DNA of 64,000 nucleotides from Sulfitobacter sp. Lineage in GTDB: Bacteria > Pseudomonadota > Alphaproteobacteria > Rhodobacterales > Rhodobacteraceae. The first letter of the stretch is position 1; each line of letters opens with the position of its first letter. Under the pieces are notes generated by a model. The model saw nothing but the letters and a program-made list of their open reading frames with translations. It did no database searches and was not told the DNA's origin. The stretch covers positions 76,999-140,998 of the forward strand of contig NZ_JBALVJ010000001.1 in NCBI RefSeq assembly GCF_036961165.1, read 5' to 3'. Below, one piece after another: positions 59,791 through 64,000 of this stretch. Both the position numbers and the translations under genes were made by a program.

Positions 59791-60015
59791 GTGGCTGACA
59801 ATGACGACATTCTGTCACGTAACGGGCGGCGCCTTGCGCTGGTAAGTGTTGTGGGCGCATTCGCCTTTATGGGGATTGAGTTCGCTGGGGCCACCTATGG
59901 GTGGTCCAATCAGACAATGGGCTTTCTGGAACTTGGTATTTCCGCCATGTTCTTGTGGGTCTTTATACAAGCATTCAGAATGTGGCGGCAGCGCCAATCT
60001 GAGAAAGACGGATGA
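59791..60015 (+). CDS. DUF5337-like small two-TM protein
   Basis: 74 aa, GTG start behind AGGAG, two TM helices, C-terminal WRQR; overlaps the nuoF start. Confidence 0.7.
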   Translation: MADNDDILSRNGRRLALVSVVGAFAFMGIEFAGATYGWSNQTMGFLELGISAMFLWVFIQAFRMWRQRQSEKDG

Positions 60016-61313
60016 GCACCATGTTGCATGACAAAGACCGGATTTTCACGAACATCTACGGCATGCATGACCGTACTCTGAAGGGGGCGCAGGCGCGTGG
60101 CCACTGGGATGGTACGGCGGCGATCATCAAAAAGGGCCGCGACTGGATCATCGACGAGATGAAAGCATCCGGTCTGCGCGGTCGAGGTGGTGCGGGTTTT
60201 CCAACGGGGCTGAAATGGTCCTTTATGCCGAAAGAAAGCGACGGCCGTCCCAGCTATCTGGTGGTCAACGCCGACGAATCCGAACCCGGCACATGTAAAG
60301 ACCGTGAGATCATGCGCCATGATCCGCACACGCTGATCGAGGGCTGCCTGATTGCAAGCTTCGCGATGAACGCAAACGCCTGCTACATCTACATACGTGG
60401 CGAATATATCCGCGAAAAAGAGGCCCTGCAGAACGCTATCGACGAGGCCTATGAAGCCGGTTTGGTGGGCCAGAACGCTGCCAAATCGGGTTGGGATTTT
60501 GACATCTATCTGCACCACGGGGCAGGTGCTTATATCTGCGGTGAAGAGACTGCGCTGCTTGAAAGCCTTGAAGGCAAAAAGGGCATGCCGCGCATGAAGC
60601 CGCCGTTCCCTGCGGGCGCGGGTCTGTACGGCTGCCCGACAACTGTGAACAACGTCGAAAGCATCGCGGTGGTTCCGACCATCCTGCGCCGTGGCGGCGG
60701 ATGGTTTGCTGGTTTCGGCCGTCCAAACAATGCGGGCACCAAACTGTTCGCTATCTCGGGCCATGTGAACAATCCATGTGTGGTTGAAGAAGCGATGAGC
60801 ATCTCGTTCGAAGAACTGATCGAAAAGCATTGCGGCGGTATTCGCGGTGGTTGGGACAACCTTAAGGCTGTGATCCCCGGTGGATCGTCTGTACCGATGA
60901 TCCCTGGCAAGGAAATGCGCAACGCGATCATGGATTTCGACTACTTGCGTGAGCAGCGGTCGGGCCTTGGGACAGCGGCGGTCATCGTGATGGACCAATC
61001 CACCGACGTGATCAAAGCGATCTGGCGTTTGGCGAAATTCTACAAACACGAAAGCTGCGGCCAGTGTACGCCGTGCCGCGAGGGCACAGGCTGGATGATG
61101 CGCGTGATGGATCGTCTGGTGAAGGGCGACGCCGAACCCGAAGAGATCGATATGCTGCTTGACGTAACTAAGCAGGTCGAAGGCCACACCATTTGTGCGC
61201 TTGGCGATGCGGCGGCTTGGCCTATTCAGGGCCTGATCCGTCACTTTCGTGGTGAAATTGAAGACCGGATCGCGCACAAGCGCGGCACCGTTTCTCCAGT
61301 AGCGGCGGAATAG
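60012..61313 (+). CDS. nuoF: NADH-quinone oxidoreductase subunit F
   Basis: Motifs [33 protein letters not shown] and [10 protein letters not shown]. Confidence 0.98.
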   Translation: MSTMLHDKDRIFTNIYGMHDRTLKGAQARGHWDGTAAIIKKGRDWIIDEMKASGLRGRGGAGFPTGLKWSFMPKESDGRPSYLVVNADESEPGTCKDREIMRHDPHTLIEGCLIASFAMNANACYIYIRGEYIREKEALQNAIDEAYEAGLVGQNAAKSGWDFDIYLHHGAGAYICGEETALLESLEGKKGMPRMKPPFPAGAGLYGCPTTVNNVESIAVVPTILRRGGGWFAGFGRPNNAGTKLFAISGHVNNPCVVEEAMSISFEELIEKHCGGIRGGWDNLKAVIPGGSSVPMIPGKEMRNAIMDFDYLREQRSGLGTAAVIVMDQSTDVIKAIWRLAKFYKHESCGQCTPCREGTGWMMRVMDRLVKGDAEPEEIDMLLDVTKQVEGHTICALGDAAAWPIQGLIRHFRGEIEDRIAHKRGTVSPVAAE

Positions 61314-61317
61314 CAGG

Positions 61318-61725
61318 ATGGACATTTTTGCCCCATATGCCTACGCAATCGCGGCGCTCGCTCTCTGGGCGCTGCTGGTCTGCGTGCTTTCGATGCTGTC
61401 CACGGTAGGGCGCGCAGCCGAGAACCGCTGCGATTGCGGAAAGCCCAAGCGGGACTATAGCGATCCCGTCTACCGCCGTGAACGCGCGTTCATGAACGCG
61501 GTTGAGGGCGGCGGTCCATTCGTCGCAGTCACAGTGGCGGCCATGCTTGCTGGCGGTTCGGTGTTCTGGGTAAACCTCTTTGCATCGCTTTATGTTGTGG
61601 CACGACTGGCGATGGCCGTGGTCCACATCAAGACCGAAAACCAGCCAGCCCGTTCGATCTGTTTCGTGGTAGGCTTGGTTTGCATCATTGCACTTGCAGT
61701 GATTGTTCTGGGCGCGGTGTTTTAA
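61318..61725 (+). CDS. MAPEG family membrane protein
   Basis: Four hydrophobic segments and motif R.ERAFMNAVE. Confidence 0.75.
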   Translation: MDIFAPYAYAIAALALWALLVCVLSMLSTVGRAAENRCDCGKPKRDYSDPVYRRERAFMNAVEGGGPFVAVTVAAMLAGGSVFWVNLFASLYVVARLAMAVVHIKTENQPARSICFVVGLVCIIALAVIVLGAVF

Positions 61726-61811
61726 GCAGCGTGCGCGCTTGGCCTAATTTTCTTCATACAGTTTGCTGTGGCCTACTACCTGGCCACAGCCACGCGGCTT
61801 AGGTGCTGTGA

Positions 61812-62153
61812 TGCGATCTTGGCCTTGACAGCAGTGGGGAAGAGGGGCGTTTGGATGTAAGATTTGCTCTTGTTGGGGGCAATCTGCGCACGGCAAGAAC
61901 CCTATCGGTTTGCGAAAATATCGCCAGCCTAGAGAATTTTGTATGGAATACGGTCCACAAACGTTTCTATGACAGCCGCGCTGAATGGCTCGATGCCGTC
62001 GAAACCTTGCAGTTTGCCATGTGGTGGGTACCTACAGGGCACCGCCCTGATATGCATTAGGCGATGGTACGTTTCAGGTACCTTGAGCAGAGCGGTGACA
62101 GTGAGGTAGCTTTCGGCTGGGACTACGCTAAGTCGCACAGCAATAACGAGTAG
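61812..62153 (+). pseudogene. DUF3291 family pseudogene (N-terminus lost, in-frame TAG at 62058-62060)
   Basis: Reading through the stop gives TLSVCENIASLENFVWNTVHKRFY...AMWWVPTGHRPDMH*AMVRFRYLEQSGDSEVAFGW, matching the DUF3291 pattern WWVP.GHRP...A..R...L...GDS..AFGW. Confidence 0.7.
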
Positions 62154-62163
62154 GAGATCGTAC

Positions 62164-62403
62164 ATGGGGTTCGTCCGTAATATCTGGGACGGTCTGCTTA
62201 GCTTTGGGGCATTTTTGCTGACATTGGGCCTGTTCGCAGGGCCAGCATGGGCCACATATCTTGCCGTTTCTGGTGGGTTGGTGACCCCTTGGATATATCT
62301 GCCTTTGGTGGGGATGCTCTATGTTGGGCTCAACCTTGCTATCGCGTTTTTGCGCAAGGCGTTGGACGGGATATCTCCGTTGCGCGAGCGCAAAAGAGGA
62401 TAG
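62164..62403 (+). CDS. Small hypothetical membrane protein
   Basis: 79 aa, AGGAG ribosome-binding site, two TM helices. Confidence 0.65.
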   Translation: MGFVRNIWDGLLSFGAFLLTLGLFAGPAWATYLAVSGGLVTPWIYLPLVGMLYVGLNLAIAFLRKALDGISPLRERKRG

Positions 62404-62494
62404 GCGAAGAAGCACTGGCCCTGTCCGGCAATTTGCGCGATAACGGGCGCAAGATTTTAGAATAACCGCACCAAAGTGTGTGGAGGAGACAGTG

Positions 62495-62827
62495 ATGAAG
62501 ATTTGGACTGCGCTTGTGGTATGTGCTGGACTGACAGCAGGCTGCACAACACCCGAAGACCGCATCCTGTTTGACGGACAGTACTTTAATGCCAAGTTGC
62601 GTAAAGTGGAGCGGCAGCTTGATGTTTTCACCGTTACGGTAAAGCCTGTATCAAAATCGCTGAAAGGGGCCTTGGCCGCCGGCGAATATGAGGCGATCAT
62701 CCACTGTGTAAACTATTACGGAACTTCCGATATCATCTGGACAGTCGGGCCAGAGACGCCCGAGGAGCAGTTGAGCATCGTAAAAAACGTTGTGACGTTG
62801 CAGGGCCGGTGCCCGGACGCAAGATAG
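62495..62827 (+). CDS. Hypothetical lipoprotein
   Basis: Lipobox-like LTAG-C, GGAGGAG ribosome-binding site, two further Cys residues. Confidence 0.75.
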   Translation: MKIWTALVVCAGLTAGCTTPEDRILFDGQYFNAKLRKVERQLDVFTVTVKPVSKSLKGALAAGEYEAIIHCVNYYGTSDIIWTVGPETPEEQLSIVKNVVTLQGRCPDAR

Positions 62828-62940
62828 GCAGACACCAGTGTCGCTTCTCGCCAAAGCGGTGCTGATATTGAATAACAAAGGGACTAACCCACACATGCCA
62901 ACAAGGGCAAATGCCCAAGAAAGCATATGAGGAACGAGTA

Positions 62941-63342
62941 ATGCGTCATCTGATCTTAACAATTAGTCTTTTTGCAGTGTCGACGGGAATGGCTGTGGCC
63001 CAGCAAAACCTGCGCGACGTAAAGTCGATAGATAATGCGGTATTTGACGTCGCAATTGCGGATAAGATCCGGAAAGAGTGTCCAGAGATTTCTGCACGTG
63101 TGGTGAAGGCGTTGATGCTGTACCGTCAGGTGCGCGCAGAGGCCCGATCCTTGGGGTTTTCTGACGCGCAGATCAAAGAATATGGCGACTCGGACACGGA
63201 AAAGGAGCGGATGCGTGCCAAAGGCGAAGCATATTTGCGCGCCAACGGGGTTGTAGCATCTGACCCGCAAAGCTATTGCGCGCTAGGGCGCAAAGAGATT
63301 CAAAAATCGAGCCGCATTGGCTCGTTGCTGAGAGAAAAGTGA
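62941..63342 (+). CDS. DUF5333-like secreted protein
   Basis: Signal peptide, motifs [15 protein letters not shown] and C.LGR.EI...S.IGSLL. Confidence 0.75.
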   Translation: MRHLILTISLFAVSTGMAVAQQNLRDVKSIDNAVFDVAIADKIRKECPEISARVVKALMLYRQVRAEARSLGFSDAQIKEYGDSDTEKERMRAKGEAYLRANGVVASDPQSYCALGRKEIQKSSRIGSLLREK

Positions 63343-63346
63343 CATC

Positions 63347-64000
63347 ATGAGCGATATTCGCAAGATCATCATCGACGGTAAGGAAATTGAAGCCGAGGGC
63401 GCTATGACGCTCATTCAGGCGTGTGAGCAGGCGGGCGTGGAAGTTCCGCGCTTTTGCTACCACGAGCGTCTGTCGATTGCCGGTAACTGCCGGATGTGTC
63501 TTGTCGAAGTGGTCGGTGGCCCGCCAAAGCCTGCGGCATCCTGCGCGATGCAGGTGCGCGATCTGCGCCCCGGTCCGGAGGGTCAGGCACCGGTTGTGAA
63601 AACCAACTCTCCCATGGTTAAAAAAGCCCGCGAGGGCGTGATGGAATTCCTGTTGATCAACCACCCGCTGGATTGCCCGATCTGTGATCAGGGCGGTGAG
63701 TGTGATCTTCAGGATCAGGCGATGGCTTATGGCGTGGATTTCTCCCGCTACCGCGAGCCCAAGCGCGCAACCGAAGATCTGGATCTGGGCCCGCTCGTTG
63801 AGACGCACATGACGCGCTGCATTTCTTGCACCCGCTGCGTACGTTTCACCACCGAAGTCGCAGGCATCACGCAGATGGGCCAGACCGGCCGTGGCGAGGA
63901 TGCAGAGATTACCGCTTATTTGGGTGAAACGCTGGACAGCAACCTGCAGGGTAACATCATCGATTTGTGTCCCGTTGGTGCACTTGTGTCCAAGCCTTAC
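63347..64000 (+). CDS. nuoG: NADH-quinone oxidoreductase subunit G (3' end outside window)
   Basis: Manual translation [11 protein letters not shown]...[41 protein letters not shown] and [11 protein letters not shown]. Confidence 0.97.
   Translation, partial: MSDIRKIIIDGKEIEAEGAMTLIQACEQAGVEVPRFCYHERLSIAGNCRMCLVEVVGGPPKPAASCAMQVRDLRPGPEGQAPVVKTNSPMVKKAREGVMEFLLINHPLDCPICDQGGECDLQDQAMAYGVDFSRYREPKRATEDLDLGPLVETHMTRCISCTRCVRFTTEVAGITQMGQTGRGEDAEITAYLGETLDSNLQGNIIDLCPVGALVSKPY

Noticed and set aside
62058-62060. In-frame TAG as programmed read-through or pyrrolysine
   Set aside because: The N-terminus is also lost and conserved residues are degraded (for example Trp to Cys in TLSVC), which fits decay; no pyl genes are in the window.

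Overview
This window is mostly core genome from a Rhodobacteraceae (Roseobacter-group-like) alphaproteobacterium; the taxon is inferred from gene content and order. Left to right it holds: gatB (cut by the window edge); an accessory block (rsmJ-like methyltransferase, 4-coumarate:CoA-ligase-like enzyme, DUF4034-like protein, lytic transglycosylase); pepN; glcB-glcG; pntAB; a peptide-type ABC transporter linked to ArgE, an FAD oxidoreductase and two M20 amidohydrolases; lpcC-waaA-moaA; glmU-glmS; the leucine/isovalerate (liu) catabolic cluster; and the 5' half of the nuo (complex I) operon, which contains several accessory genes and decayed remnants. I saw no rRNA, tRNA, CRISPR array, transposase or prophage gene, and no unambiguous new system is proven here. 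The strongest leads are: (1) an ompW with an FNR-type box lying antisense inside the liu cluster with no visible terminator (possible non-contiguous operon); (2) two EcfG-type general-stress promoters, one back-to-back with the putative liu promoter; (3) a membrane-anchored protein with Lys/Ala repeats and a helix-hairpin-helix-like domain inside nuo, whose domain is duplicated on NuoE; (4) an orphan uptake and deacylation pathway for an unknown substrate; (5) ASCH and GST genes translationally coupled within liu. All family names come from motif recognition by eye, with no database searches. Many start codons were moved from the ORF track to the most plausible start.
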